Positions 27,001-40,037 of a stretch of DNA of 64,000 nucleotides are shown piece by piece (positions within the stretch are counted from its first letter, which is position 1; each line of letters starts with the position of its first letter). Origin of the DNA: Ranitomeya imitator. Its lineage: Eukaryota. The notes under the pieces were generated by a model. The model did no database searches. It was not told the origin of the DNA and saw only the letters and a list, made by a program, of their open reading frames with translations. The translations under genes and the position numbers were made by a program. Location: NCBI RefSeq assembly GCF_032444005.1, contig NC_091283.1:191704001-191768000 (forward strand). Direction: 5' to 3'.

Positions 27001-30000
27001 TGTCCAGGCTTAGAAAAACATGGCTGCCCTCTTTCAGAAATCTAGCTAACACGGCTGTGATGGCAGATGTCCATGTCTTGCCGGAGTGACACTTTATATA
27101 CTCCTCGTGATAGCAGCCGAGGAAGTATTTTCTTGTAAAAAAACAAACAGGATGTGGCGAGAGGTGGCATCACGTTCTTCTATTCTGGAGGAAGTCGGCC
27201 AAACACATCACTGTATTGAATGGCTTCTCGGAAGGCTTAGTTGTCCCATGGTTCAATGGTCTCCAAGACTGCGTGAAGACTTCCCAAGACTTCCCCGTGT
27301 TGCAGGCAGCTGAATAGTTGTGTATGTAGGGTGGACTCTGGTAGAATACTGATTGGTAGCCCCCTTCCGTTGTATTTAGTTTATCATGGGCTTCATTGGC
27401 TTTCCCCATCCTTTCCCCCCACCGTGTATTTCTGCCCGGTCAGCAGTTATAGCCGCTAATCTCAACGTAGTGACAATGATACCAAAGACTAAGACGTCTT
27501 CCGGCCTGCTCATGCCATTTTCTTGTCTTTTCTCTTGGTGTCTCGACCACCCAGAGTTCAGGAGAAGCCATTCCACGGGTCGTATCGAGCTGTATCCGCT
27601 TCATAAACCTGCACGGTGGGTAAACTCGTCAGAGGCAACTGATATGGCATCAATAACTAAGGGTGAAGAATTTGCTAAATCTGCGATCAATAATCAAGGT
27701 TTTTTGGGGGGAAACTCCTTATTTTCATCTTAAAGATAACCTATCACTTGCCGTAAATACATCATTATTTTTACCTGGTGTAAATGCCGCCGTTCTCCTG
27801 AATCCGGCGATGTTTTTCTTTTGTTCCTGCGCCTCTCCGTTCCTGAGCTACGGCCTCTTCTTCCCTATATAGAAATCTAGTCTTGATAGCCAAGGGGGTG
27901 TGATTCTTAAAACGACTCGCAGAGAAAAAGTTTAGGATCGCGCCCACTTCTATAACAAATCGTTGTTGTACTCCTCTTCTTCGTCCATTCTGGAGATGTT
28001 GCCTCCTGTTCCTTGTATATAAATCTAGTCTTGTTAGCCAAGGAGGCTTGGTCCTCTGGTCTCCTCCTCCTGTGGGCGTTTTCTCGATGACCACACCCAC
28101 TTGCCCAACAATTCTAAATTTGTATATGTAGAAATGGGGCCATATCTCAGGAATGGAGAGGCGCAGGAACAAAAGAAAAACATCGCCGGATTCAGGAGAA
28201 CAGCGGCATTTACTCAGGATAAAAATATTTCACATTTATGGGAAGTGACAGGTTCCAATTTAAAGATCTGTCTTGTGCTTTGCTGCTGTATGTAATGACA
28301 TGTGACGAGTATTTGTGACATTTTTGGCGTATACTTTTCTATAGGTCTACAGCACGAGGGTATATTCCGTGTCCCAGGGTCACAGGCCCAGGTGAATGAG
28401 ATTCGCAGTGCCTTTGAAAGAGGTTCGTATAACATAAGGGTGACACTGACGGAAAAATGGGGATAGATTACCTTCTGGGCCACAATCTCGGAATGTAGGA
28501 CTTTTAACAACACTGCTGTTTTATTTTTTTTTATGCCACTTTTGCTATTTATGTCACTTATGCATTTACATTCATGGTAACTACATATAGAACACAGTTT
28601 ATCAGGATTCTTTTCCCTTGTGCTATATTTGCTATGGAGTGGCGCCATCTACTGGTGACATGTTGAATGGCATGATATTGTTAGCGTTTTATATTATTTA
28701 TTTTCCATAAATCAATAATAATAGGAAACTAATTAGAAAAAAAATATGTTTCTTTCTCCTGTTCTCCTGATCTTTCACTATTCAATTTACTGGTAAAATC
28801 TTTATTCAGTGAAGGCGATAACAATAACAGTTGCTGCTCGTAAAACTCTATGGAGGAAGAAGGAGGAGTTAGAGGAGTGACAGCAGAATGTCTGTCTGGC
28901 TCCTCCCCCTCCATAGAACTTTATAAGCACCAACTGCCATTTCCTGCTTGAGTAATGGAAAGGTCTGTCTTCACTGAAGACATAGGTTACAGATTTTATT
29001 GTAACCATGAATTGAGAATAAATGATCAGTCCTGAAGGAGAAAATAGCTGATTTCTCTGATGAGATATATTATAAAAATGATTATGTTAACTCGTAAAAT
29101 AGAAAATTCAAACCGTAGTTACTTTATAACATTTTTTTTTAGGTATGTATTAAAGGTCTGTTCTCTTATATATAATACCACTTATCAAGCTGATAAAAAC
29201 GGGTTCATTTCCCTTCAATTAAAGCAACCTTTAATAGCTGCATACATAGTGATACCTAGTGCACCGCCCCTTTAAGCCCTGCCTTCTCACTGTCTACTTG
29301 TTACTGGCTCTGGGGACATAGTAAACCTTCCTGAAATGACACCTTTTTGGGTCTTTTGGGATTTTTCCAACAGGCGGACTAATCTGTGCTCCTTTCCAGG
29401 TGAGGACCGGTTGGACTCCAGCTACACAGGGAATGATGTGGACTCGGTGGCGGGGGTCCTGAAGCTGTACTTCCGGGGACTGGAGAAGCCGTTATTTCCA
29501 AAAGACATGTTCAACGAATTACTGTCCTCTCTCCGTGAGTGTATTCTATCTACAGTGGACATGTTGGGAGTGGCTGGATGTGTCACCAGATCACACATAT
29601 AAGCTGCATACATGATCAAATACAGCTCTTACACCTGATTACACTGGTATATTTACTATGAAAATTCATGTCAGAATGGCTGACACTCTTTTGAAAGTTT
29701 TCCTGACTAATATTAAAATGAGCATTTTACAACTCCAGCTGGAGCAGTACAGCCCCCATTGGGTTGCCCATAGTTTTGCGCCCCCTAACCCGTATGCCGT
29801 TATCACTGCCATCAACCAGGCTAGCATTGCTCACCTTATACCCCAAGCACATGAATTGTTTTTTAAGAAAATACTGCTATATTTATATTTTGTCTTTTGG
29901 CCCTCTATATTTTTTCTGCTTTTTATTTTTACTTACATACAACGCAAAATGTAAAATGTAAAAACTTAGTTATAATTTTTTTTATCTTATTTACACCTAC

Positions 30001-33000
30001 ATTTTTATGTAACTATTTCATTACCTTATCCCTAACCCTGGCCCTGATCCTAGCCCTTACCCTAGCCACATCATAGCCACCACTCTAGCACTAACCCTAG
30101 CCCCTACTATAGCCCTAACCCCAATCCTAGCCCTAACTCTACCTCCATTATAGCCCCCACTACAGCACTAACTCTAGTCCTCACCGTTCCCCAAATTCTA
30201 GCCCCCACCCTAGCACTAATCCTAACCCCAATCCTAGCACTAACCCTAGCCCCATCTTATCCACCACTCTGGCCCCAACCCTAGCCCCAATCCTAGCCCC
30301 CACTCTAGCCCCAACCATAGCCCCAATCCTAGCCCCCACTCAAGAACTTACCCTAGCCCTCACACTTGCCCTGATCCATCCCCGATCCTAGCCCCTACCC
30401 TAGCCCTAACCCTAGCTCTCCTAGCCCCCACTCTGGCACTAACCCTAGCCCCGATCCTAGCCCCCACTCTAGCCCTAACCTAACCTGTTGTGAATTCTGT
30501 TATCGAACTCCCTCCTGTGGTCATGAATGGTACTTCGGCGAGTTCTGTCCATGGACTCCCTCTGGTGGCTGTGAGTTGTGCTGCTGCTTCTGAGGTACCT
30601 TCCTCAGGTGACGGAGTTTATTCGTTGGCTGGCTGCTCTATTTAACTCCACTCAGATCGTTACTCCATGCCAACTGTCAATGTTCTTGTACTGGTTCAAT
30701 TCGCTCTTGGATCTTTCTGGTGACCTGTCTACTCCAGCAGAAGCTAAGTCCCTGCTAGTTATTATTTGTTCATTGTTTTCTCGTCCAGCTTGCTGTCATG
30801 ATATTGTTTTGCTAGCTGGAAGCTCTGGGATGCAGAGTGGCACCTCCGCACCGTGAGTCGGTGCGGAGGTCTTTTTGCACACTCTGCGTGGTCTTTTTGT
30901 AGTTTTTTGTGCTGACCGCAAAGATACCTTTCCTATCCTCAGTCTGTTTAGTAAGTCGGGCCTCTCTTTGCTGAAACCTGTTTCATTTCTGTGTTTGTGA
31001 CTTTCATCTTTACTCACAGTCAATGTGTGTGGGGGGCTGCCTTTTCCTTTGGGGAATTTCTCTGAGGCAAGGTGGGCTTTATTTTCTATTTCTAGGGCTA
31101 GTTAGCTCTTAGGCTGTGAAGAGGCGTCTAGGCCGTGTTAGGTACGCTCCACGGCTATTTCTAGTTGTGTGATAGGATTAGGGGTTGCGGTCAGCAGAGT
31201 TCCCACTTCCCAGAGCTTGTCTTGTGTGAGTTTAACCATCAGGTCGTTCCTGGTGCTCCTAACCACCAGGTCCATAACAGTACAGCTGGCCCAAAGTATT
31301 AATGCATCTCAATAGAGGGATAAGAGAAGTTCTGAGACCATTTTTTTTTCTTTGCAGTGTGTTTTGTCTTTCTTTTCCCCTTAACCTTTGGGTGGTTTAA
31401 GACACAGGTGTAAATATGGACATTCAAGGTCTGTCCTCTTGTGTAGATCATCTCACTGCAAGGGTACAAAACATTCAAGATTTTGTGGTTCAGAATCCGA
31501 TGTTAGAGCCTAGAATTCCAATTCCTGATTTGTTTTCTGGGGATAGATCTAAGTTCCTGAATTTCAAAAATAATTGTAAATTGTTTCTAGCTTTGAAACC
31601 CCGCTCCTCTGGTAACCCCGTTCAACAAGTAAAAATCATTATTTCTTTGTTGCGTGGTGACCCTCAAGACTGGGCATTTTCCCTTGCGCCAGGAGATCCT
31701 GCATTGCGTGATGTAGATGCGTTTTTTCTGGCGCTTGGATTGCTTTATGATGAACCTAATTCAGTGGATCAGGCAGAGAAAATCTTGCTGGCTTTGTGTC
31801 AGGGTCAGGATGAAGCGGAGGTGTACTGTCAGAAGTTTAGAAAGTGGTCTGTGCTTACTCAGTGGAATGAGTGTGCCCTGGCGGCAATTTTCAGAAAGGG
31901 TCTTTCTGAAGCCCTTAAGGATGTCATGGTGGGATTTCCCACGCCTGCTGGTCTGAATGAGTCTATGTTCTTGGCCATTCAGATCGATCGGCGCTTGCGT
32001 GAGCGCAAAACTGTGCACCATTTGGCGGTATTCTCTGAGCATAGGCCTGAGCCTATGCAGTGTGATAGGACTTTGACCAGAGTTGAACGGCAAGAACACA
32101 GACGTCAGAATGGGCTGTGTTTTTACTGTGGTGATTCCACTCATGCTATCTCCGATTGTCCTAAGCGCACTAAGCGGTTCGCTAGGTCTGCCACCATTGG
32201 TACGGTACAGTCTAAATTTCTTTTGCCGCTACTCTGATTTGCTCTCTGTCGTCCTATTCTGTTATGGCATTTGTGGATTCAGGCGCTGCCCTGAATTTGA
32301 TGGACTTGGAGTTTGCCAGGCGCTGTGGTTTTTTCTTGGAGCCCTTGCAGCATCCTATTCCATTGAGAGGAATTGATGCTACGCCTTTGGCCAAGAATAA
32401 GCCTCAGTACTGGACTCAATTGACCATGTCAATGGCTCCTGCACATCAGGAGGATATTCGCTTTTTGGTGTTGCATAATCTGCATGATGTGGTCGTTTTG
32501 GGGTTGCCATGGCTACAGGTCCATAATCCAGTTTTGGATTGGAAATCTATGTCTGTGTCCGGCTGGGGTTGTCAGGGGGTACATGGTGATGTTCCATTGC
32601 TGTCAATTTCGTCTTCCACTCCTTCTGAAGTCCCTGAGTTTTTGTCAGATTACCGGGATGTATTTGAAGAGCCCAAATCCGGTGCACTACCTCCTCATAG
32701 GGATTGCGATTGTGCTATTAATTTGATTCCTGGTAGTAAGTTTCCTAAGGGCCGACTGTTTAATTTATCTGTGCCAGAGCACGCCGCTATGCGGAGTTAT
32801 ATAAAGGAATCCTTGGAGAAGGGTCATATTCGCCCGTCGTCATCACCGTTGGGAGCTGGGTTCTTTTTTGTGGCCAAGAAGGATGGCTCTTTGAGACCTT
32901 GTATTGATTACTGCCTTCTTAATAAGATAACAGTCAAATTTCAGTACCCTTTGCCGCTGCTGTCTGATTTGTTTGCTCGGATTAAGGGGGCTAGTTGGTT

Positions 33001-36000
33001 CACCAAGATAGATCTTCGAGGGGCGTATAATCTTGTGCGAATTAAACAGGGCGATGAATGGAAAACAGCATTTAATACGCCCGAGGGCCATTTTGAGTAC
33101 CTGGTTATGCCATTCGGGCTTTCTAATGCTCCATCTGTGTTTCAGTCCTTTATGCATGACATCTTCCGAGAGTACCTGGATAGATTCATGATGGTATATT
33201 TGGATGATATTTTGGTCTTTTCGGATGATTGGGAGTCTCATGTGAAGCAGGTCAGAATGGTGTTCCAGGTCCTTCGTGCGAATTCCTTGTTTGTGAAGGG
33301 GTCGAAATGTCTCTTTGGAGTTCCGAAGGTTTCATTTTTGGGTTTCATTTTTTCACCTTCTACTATCGAGATGGACCCTGTTAAAGTTCAGGCCATTTAT
33401 GATTGGACTCAGCCTACATCTGGGAAGAGCCTGCAGAAGTTCCTGGGCTTTGCTGATTTTTACCGTCGCTTCATCGCTAATTTTTCTAGTGTTGCTAAAC
33501 CGTTGACTGATTTGACCAAGAAAGGTGCTGATGTGGTCAATTGGTCCTCTGCGGCTGTAGAGGCTTTTCAGGAGTTGAAGCGTCATTTTTCTTCTGCCCC
33601 TGTGTTGTGCCAGCCAGATGTTTCACTTCCGTTTCAGGTCGAGGTTGATGCTTCTGAGATTGGAGCAGGGGCTGTTTTGTCGCAAAGAAGTTCTGATTGC
33701 TCGGTGATGAAACCATGTGCCTTCTTTTCTAGAAAATTTTCGCCTGCTGAGCGCAATTATGATGTTGGCAATCGAGAGTTGTTGGCCATGAAGTGGGCAT
33801 TCGAGGAGTGGCGACATTGGCTTGAAGGAGCCAAGCATCGCGTGGTGGTCTTGACAGATCACAAGAATTTGACTTATCTCGAGTCTGCCAAACGGTTGAA
33901 TCCTAGACAGGCTCGATGGTCGCTGTTTTTCTCCCGTTTCGATTTTGTGGTTTCGTACTTTCCGGGCTCTAAGAATGTGAAGGCTGATGCCCTGTCAAGG
34001 AGTTTTGTGCCTGACTCTCCGGATGTTCCTGAGCCGGCGGGTATTCTCAAAGAGGGGGTAATTTTGTCTGCCATCTCCCCTGATTTGCGGCGTGTGCTGC
34101 AGAAATTTCAGGCTGATAGACCTGACCGTTGCCCAGCGGAGAAACTGTTTGTCCCTGATAGATGGACTAGTAGAGTTATCTCTGAGGTTCATTGTTCGGT
34201 GTTAGCGGCTCATCCGGGAATCTTTGGTACCAGAGATTTGGTGGCTAGATCCTTTTGGTGGCCTTCTTTGTCACGGGATGTACGTTCTTTTGTGCAGTCC
34301 TGTGGTACTTGTGCTCGGGCTAAGCCCTGCTGTTCTCGTGCCAGTGGGTTGTTTTTGCCCTTGCCGGTCCCGAAGAGGCCCTGGACGCATATTTCCATGG
34401 ATTTTATTTCAGATCTCCCTGTCTCTCAAAGGATGTCGGTCATTTGGGTGGTTTGTGATCGCTTCTCTAAGATGGTCCATTTGGTACCCTTGTCTAAATT
34501 GCCTTCTTCCTCTGATTTGGTGCCATTGTTTTTCCAGCATGTGGTTAGTTTGCATGGCATTCCGGAGAACATCGTCTCGGACAGAGGTTCCCAGTTCGTT
34601 TCGAGGTTTTGGCGGTCCTTTTGTGCTAAGATGGGCATTGATTTGTCTTTTTCTTCGGCTTTCCATCCTCAGACAAATGGCCAAACCGAACGAACTAATC
34701 AGACTTTGGAAACATATCTGAGATGCTTTGTTTCTGCTGATCAGGATGATTGGGTGTCCTTCTTGCCTTTGGCTGAGTTCGCCCTTAATAATCGGGCCAG
34801 CTCGGCTACTTTGGTTTCGCCTTTTTTCTGTAATTCTGGTTTCCATCCTCGTTTCTATTCAGGGCAGGTTGAGTCTTCGGACTGTCCTGGTGTGGATACT
34901 GTGGTGGACAGGTTGCAGCAGATTTGGACTCATGTGGTGGACAATTTGACATTGTCCCAGGAGAAGGCTCAACGTTTCGCTAACCGCCGGCGCTGTGTGG
35001 GTCCCCGACTTCGTGTTGGGGATTTGGTTTGGTTGTCGTCTCGTCATGTTCCTATGAAGGTTTCCTCTCCTAAGTTTAAGCCTCGTTTCATTGGTCCGTA
35101 TAAGATTTCTGAAGTTCTCAATCCTGTGTCATTTCGTTTGGCCCTTCCAGCTTCTTTTGCCATCCATAATGTGTTCCATAGGTCGTTATTGCGGAGATAC
35201 GTGGCGCCTATGGTTCCCTCCGTTGATCCTCCTGCCCCGGTGTTGGTCGAGGGGGAGTTGGAGTATGTGGTGGAGAAGATTTTGGATTCTCGTATTTCGA
35301 GACAGAAGCTCCAGTACCTGGTCAAGTGGAAGGGTTATGGTCAGGAAGATAATTCCTGGGTTTTTGCCTCTGATGTTCATGCTGCCGTTCTAGTTCATGC
35401 CTTTCATTTGGCTCGTCCTGATCGGCCTGGGGGCTCTGGTGAGGGTTCGGTGACCCCTCCTCAAGGGGGGGGGGGTACTGTTGTGAATTCTGTTATCGAT
35501 CTCCCTCCTGTGGTCATGAATGGTACTTCGGCGAGTTCTGTCCATGGGCTCCCTCTGGTGGCTGTGAGTTGTGCTGCTGCTTCTGAGGTTCCTTCCACAG
35601 GTGACGGAGTTTATTCGTTGGCTGGCTGCTCTATTTAACTCCACTCAGATCGTTACTCCATGCCAGCTGTCAATGTTCTTGTACTGGTTCAATTCGCTCT
35701 TGGATCTTTCTGGTGACCTGTCTACTCCAGCAGAAGCTAAGTCCCTGCTAGTTATTATTTGTTCATTGCTTTCTCGTCCAGCTTGCTGTCATGATTTTGT
35801 TTTGCTAGCTGGAAACTCTGGGATGCAGAGTGGCACCTCCGCACCGTGAGTCGGTGCGGAGGTCTTTTTGCACACTCTGCGTGGTCTTTTTGTAGTTTTT
35901 TGTGCTGACCGCAAAGATACCTTTCCTATCCTCAGTCTGTTTAGTAAGTCGGGCCTCTCTTTGCTGAAACCTGTTTCATTTCTGTGTTTGTGACTTTCAT

Positions 36001-39000
36001 CTTTACTCACAGTCAATGTGTGTGGGGGGCTGCCTTTTCCTTTGTGGAATTTCTCTGAGGCAAGGTGGGCTTTATTTTCTAGTTCTAGGGCTAGTTAGCT
36101 CTTAGGCTGTGAAGAGGCGTCTAGGCCGTGTTAGGTACGCTCCACGGCTATTTCTAGTTGTGTGATAGGATTAGGGGTTGCGGTCAGCAGAGTTCCCACT
36201 TCCCAGAGCTTGTCTTGTGTGAGTTTAACCATCAGGTCGTTCCTGGTGCTCCTAACCACCAGGTCCATAACACTAACCCCAATTCTAGTCCTATCTCTAG
36301 CCCCAAATCTTACCCTAGCCCCATCCTAGGTCCCACTCTAGCCCTAATCCTAGCCCCCACCCAAGCCCTAGCCCAAATCCTAGCCCTATCTGTAGCCCCC
36401 ACCCTAGACCCAATCCTAGCCCAAATCCTAGCACCCACCCTAGCCCTAGCCACGATATTAGCCACAATTCTATACCTAAGGAAGGCATTTTACTCTCCCA
36501 TAAAATGTGGCACCCCGGGCAATCGCCTCTGTGGTTCCTCTCCCCAGGCTACACCACTGCCACTGTCTGATAAGAGGCCCAGATGACAGCGCGGTTTATA
36601 CCCCCCATATTTGACACCGCAACTTGGCTTGTTTAGATGTGCTGCTTTGTACTTCCACGTCGTTTCAAGATTTCCAAGAAATTTGAACATTAATTGGACA
36701 AATTATTCTAGATCACAAGCAGAGAAGCAATCAGTGACAAACAGTCACACATAGTGAGGCAAACCGGCCTCCAGAAGAAGGGATCATAGGGATTCATATT
36801 TCATACTCGGAATTGTGTTCTAAGTGGTCCCCAAAGTGTCTTTTGTATGTGTCATACACCATTGTAATTAGTTGTATTCCTGCATGTTTATTATAAAAAA
36901 AAATCTATTTCTTACCCATCAGAACTGGAGATCCAGGATAGAGTTGCACACTTGAAGAAGTTGGTGGCACAGCTCCCCCCAACCGTCACCCTTGTCCTAA
37001 GATACCTCTTTGCCTTCTTGAACCAGTAAGTAATTTCAAGAACCCATCCAGATAATACATTAAATTAGTGCCTATATTGCTGCCCTTGGGCTTAGAGGGG
37101 TTGTCCTTTGTAGAAAATCCATTTCCAATTACCCTAATAGGAAATTCCGAATCAATTCCCCTATTCAAAACCTCAACTATTAACCAGCAAAGGACGGCTT
37201 GGGATTTGACATAATTCTGCAGTGATTTTATTGAGCATTGTGTAATACTCCATCTCACCTGCGGGGGCACTACTGGATAATTAAAGACTTGCTGTTGGAT
37301 TCTCTTGTAGCTGATCACTGTGTTCCCTACCTGCCGGATATTTTGCAATCAGCTTATTAATCCTTACAATTCTGAGTAGTTGAAATCTTGATCAGGAAAA
37401 TAAAACCTTCTACATTTCTATTTCTTCTTGTTTTCTAGTTTGTCTCAGTACAGTGATGAGAACATGATGGATCCATATAACTTGGCAGTCTGTTTCGGTC
37501 CAACATTGGTTTCCATCCCTGAAGGACAGGACCCGGTATCTGTCCAGGCTCATAGTAACGAGGTTGTGAAGACCATTATCATTTACCAAGAACGGATATT
37601 TCCGGGGCCAACAGAACTGGAGGGTCCCGTGTACGAGAAGTGCATGACGATGGAGGAGGACGAAGAATACTGGTGAGTGTCAACCTGAAGGCAAATGTCC
37701 AGAAAGGATGGACCATCCCCCATCTCAGCCCACAACCATTAACGTTGGACAGATTGGGAACGTGAATCACAGAATACTAATTGTAAATGGCCAGAATTTT
37801 TCAGGAATGTATTTACAGTTGTGTGAAAAAGTGTTTGCCCCCTTTCTGATTTCCTATTCTTTTGCATGTTTTTGACACTTAAATGTTTCAGATCACCAAA
37901 CAAATGTAAGTATTAGACAAAGATAAGTGTCACGCATAGTGTAGGAAAGACTAAGTGCAACACGAAGGGATGAGGGAAAGGGAGCCCAACACTAGGGAAG
38001 AGGGTAGTGGAGACCCCTAGGCAGATCTAACGTCACCCTGTCTTCTCTAAATGTCCCTATATAGGTTCTGCACCTATCGCCGAGCAGGATCCTAATCCCT
38101 GCCTGTCTCTGGCTATAAGCCCTGCTTAGGGAATAACGGGGTGTGCACTAGTGGATCCCCACTAACACTAAATACAGCTGGAGTAGACGAACAAGGGGAA
38201 CACTTATCTTGAGTAGACTCAGATATGTAACACAGACATCCTCCAGCAACACCAAACAGGAAGCTAGCCGACTGCTATAGCTCCAAGCCTCAATAGGTGA
38301 AAATGGAAATATCACCGGCAAATTCCAGCAGCAGGCTGGGAGTTTATAAACACCCTGGTCCAGATGTGCCAATTTGAACCGGAGAAAGGTTGACACTGGG
38401 TCAAAGAGTCAGATGGGTTAACAAGGTGTCTGCAAGGCCAAACGCAGAGACCTTCTGCAGCTAGATGCCGTGCTGCCGTCTGCAGCCTCTGTCATACCCC
38501 TGACAATAACACAAGTAATCACAAAATTCAGTTTTTAAATGAAGGTTTTATTATTAAGGGGAAAATAAATCCAAACCTACAGGGCCTGCCCTCTGTGAAA
38601 AAGTGATTGCCCGCCCCCACCCTTAATTTATGTATTAACTGCGGCTTATCACATCTTTGAGAAGCTGAGTTCAATTTCCCTAGCCACACGCAGGCCTGTT
38701 TACTGCCACACCTGTTGTTAATCAAAAAATCACTTAAATAGGACCAGCCTGATAAAGTAAAGTAGTCCAAAAGATCCTCAAAAGCTAGACATCTTTCCGC
38801 AATCCAAAGAAATTCTGGAACAAATGAGAAACAAAGTAATTGAGATCTATCATTCTGGGAAAGGTTATAAAGCCATTTTTATAGGTTTGGGACTCCAGCG
38901 AACCACAGTGAGAGCCATTATCCGCAGATAACAAAATACATGGAACAGAGATGAACCTTCCCTGGCGAGCCAACCAAAAATTACCCTAAGTGTACAGCGA

Positions 39001-39982
39001 TGACTCATCCAGGAGGTCACAAAAGACCCCACAACAACATCCAAAGAACTGCAGGCCTCACTTGCCTCAGCTAAGGTCACTGTTCATGACTGCACCATAA
39101 GAAAGAGACTGGGCAAAAATGGCCCGCATGGCAGAGTTAAAAGACGAAAACCACTACTGAGCAATAAGAACATAAAAGCTCGTCTCAGCTTTGCCAGAAA
39201 ATATCTTGATGATCCCAAGACTTTTGGGAGAATACTCTGTGGACTGACAAGACAAAAGTTGAACTTTTTGGAAGGTGTATGTCCCACTACATCTGGCGTA
39301 AGTATAACACAGCATTTTAGAAAAGGAACATCATACCAACAGTAAATTATGGTGGTAGTAGTGTGATGGTCTGGGGCTATTTTGCTGCTTCAGGACCTGG
39401 ATGACTTGCTGTGGAACCATGAATTCTGCTGTCTACCAAAAATCCTGAAGGAGAATGTTCGGCCATCTATATGTGACCGCAAGCTGAAGTGCACTTGGGT
39501 TAAGCAGCAGGACAATGATCCAAAATACACCAACACTATATAGTCTGACGGGAACAATTAAAAGTAGATTGGACCTTTCAGTGTGTTTCCGGGCCTTGTT
39601 GTAACTATACCTGACTTTTGCTGTGTGCTGTAGCTATACCGCAACCTTTCACTGCATGACCCAACCCGAGGATACGCCATTACTGTGCAGAATGTGACTA
39701 TGATGGGGTATTATTTTTTATGCCTTATGAAAGTTTTATTTTTAATCACTAAAATTAATATCTATCATTTCATTTAGTGATACGCTAGCCCTGGAGGCGA
39801 CCATTGAAGAAAGCGATCAAGAGATGCAGCAGGAAATGGCTGTCAGCGAGGATGGTAAGAAAATGCTATACTATTATCTATTATCTATCATTTATCTATT
39901 ATCTATCTGCCTATCTATCTATTATCTTTCTATTATCTATCTATTATTTATCTATCCTATTATCTATCTATTATCAATTATT

Positions 39983-40037
<55 letters not shown>

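Larger units (their letters stand above)
30486..36272 (+). mobile_element. Full-length Ty3/Gypsy chromovirus (Tf1/sushi-like) LTR retrotransposon
   Basis: 794-bp LTRs (30486-31279, 35479-36272; TG...CA; about ten substitutions by eye), G-run PPT at 35465-35475, CTAACC duplicated at both flanks, gag and pol with chromodomain. Confidence 0.97.
30030..36470 (+). repeat. Telomere-like hexamer satellite (CCCTAG/CCCTAA/CCCCAA) split by the Gypsy insertion (30030-30485, 36273-36470)
   Basis: Directly visible on both flanks of the Gypsy element. Confidence 0.85.

Noticed and set aside
31287-31305. tRNA primer-binding site starting TGGCCCAAAG
   Set aside because: It starts 7 nt from the LTR end and matches no tRNA 3' end I recognise; complementarity to the R region explains the site better
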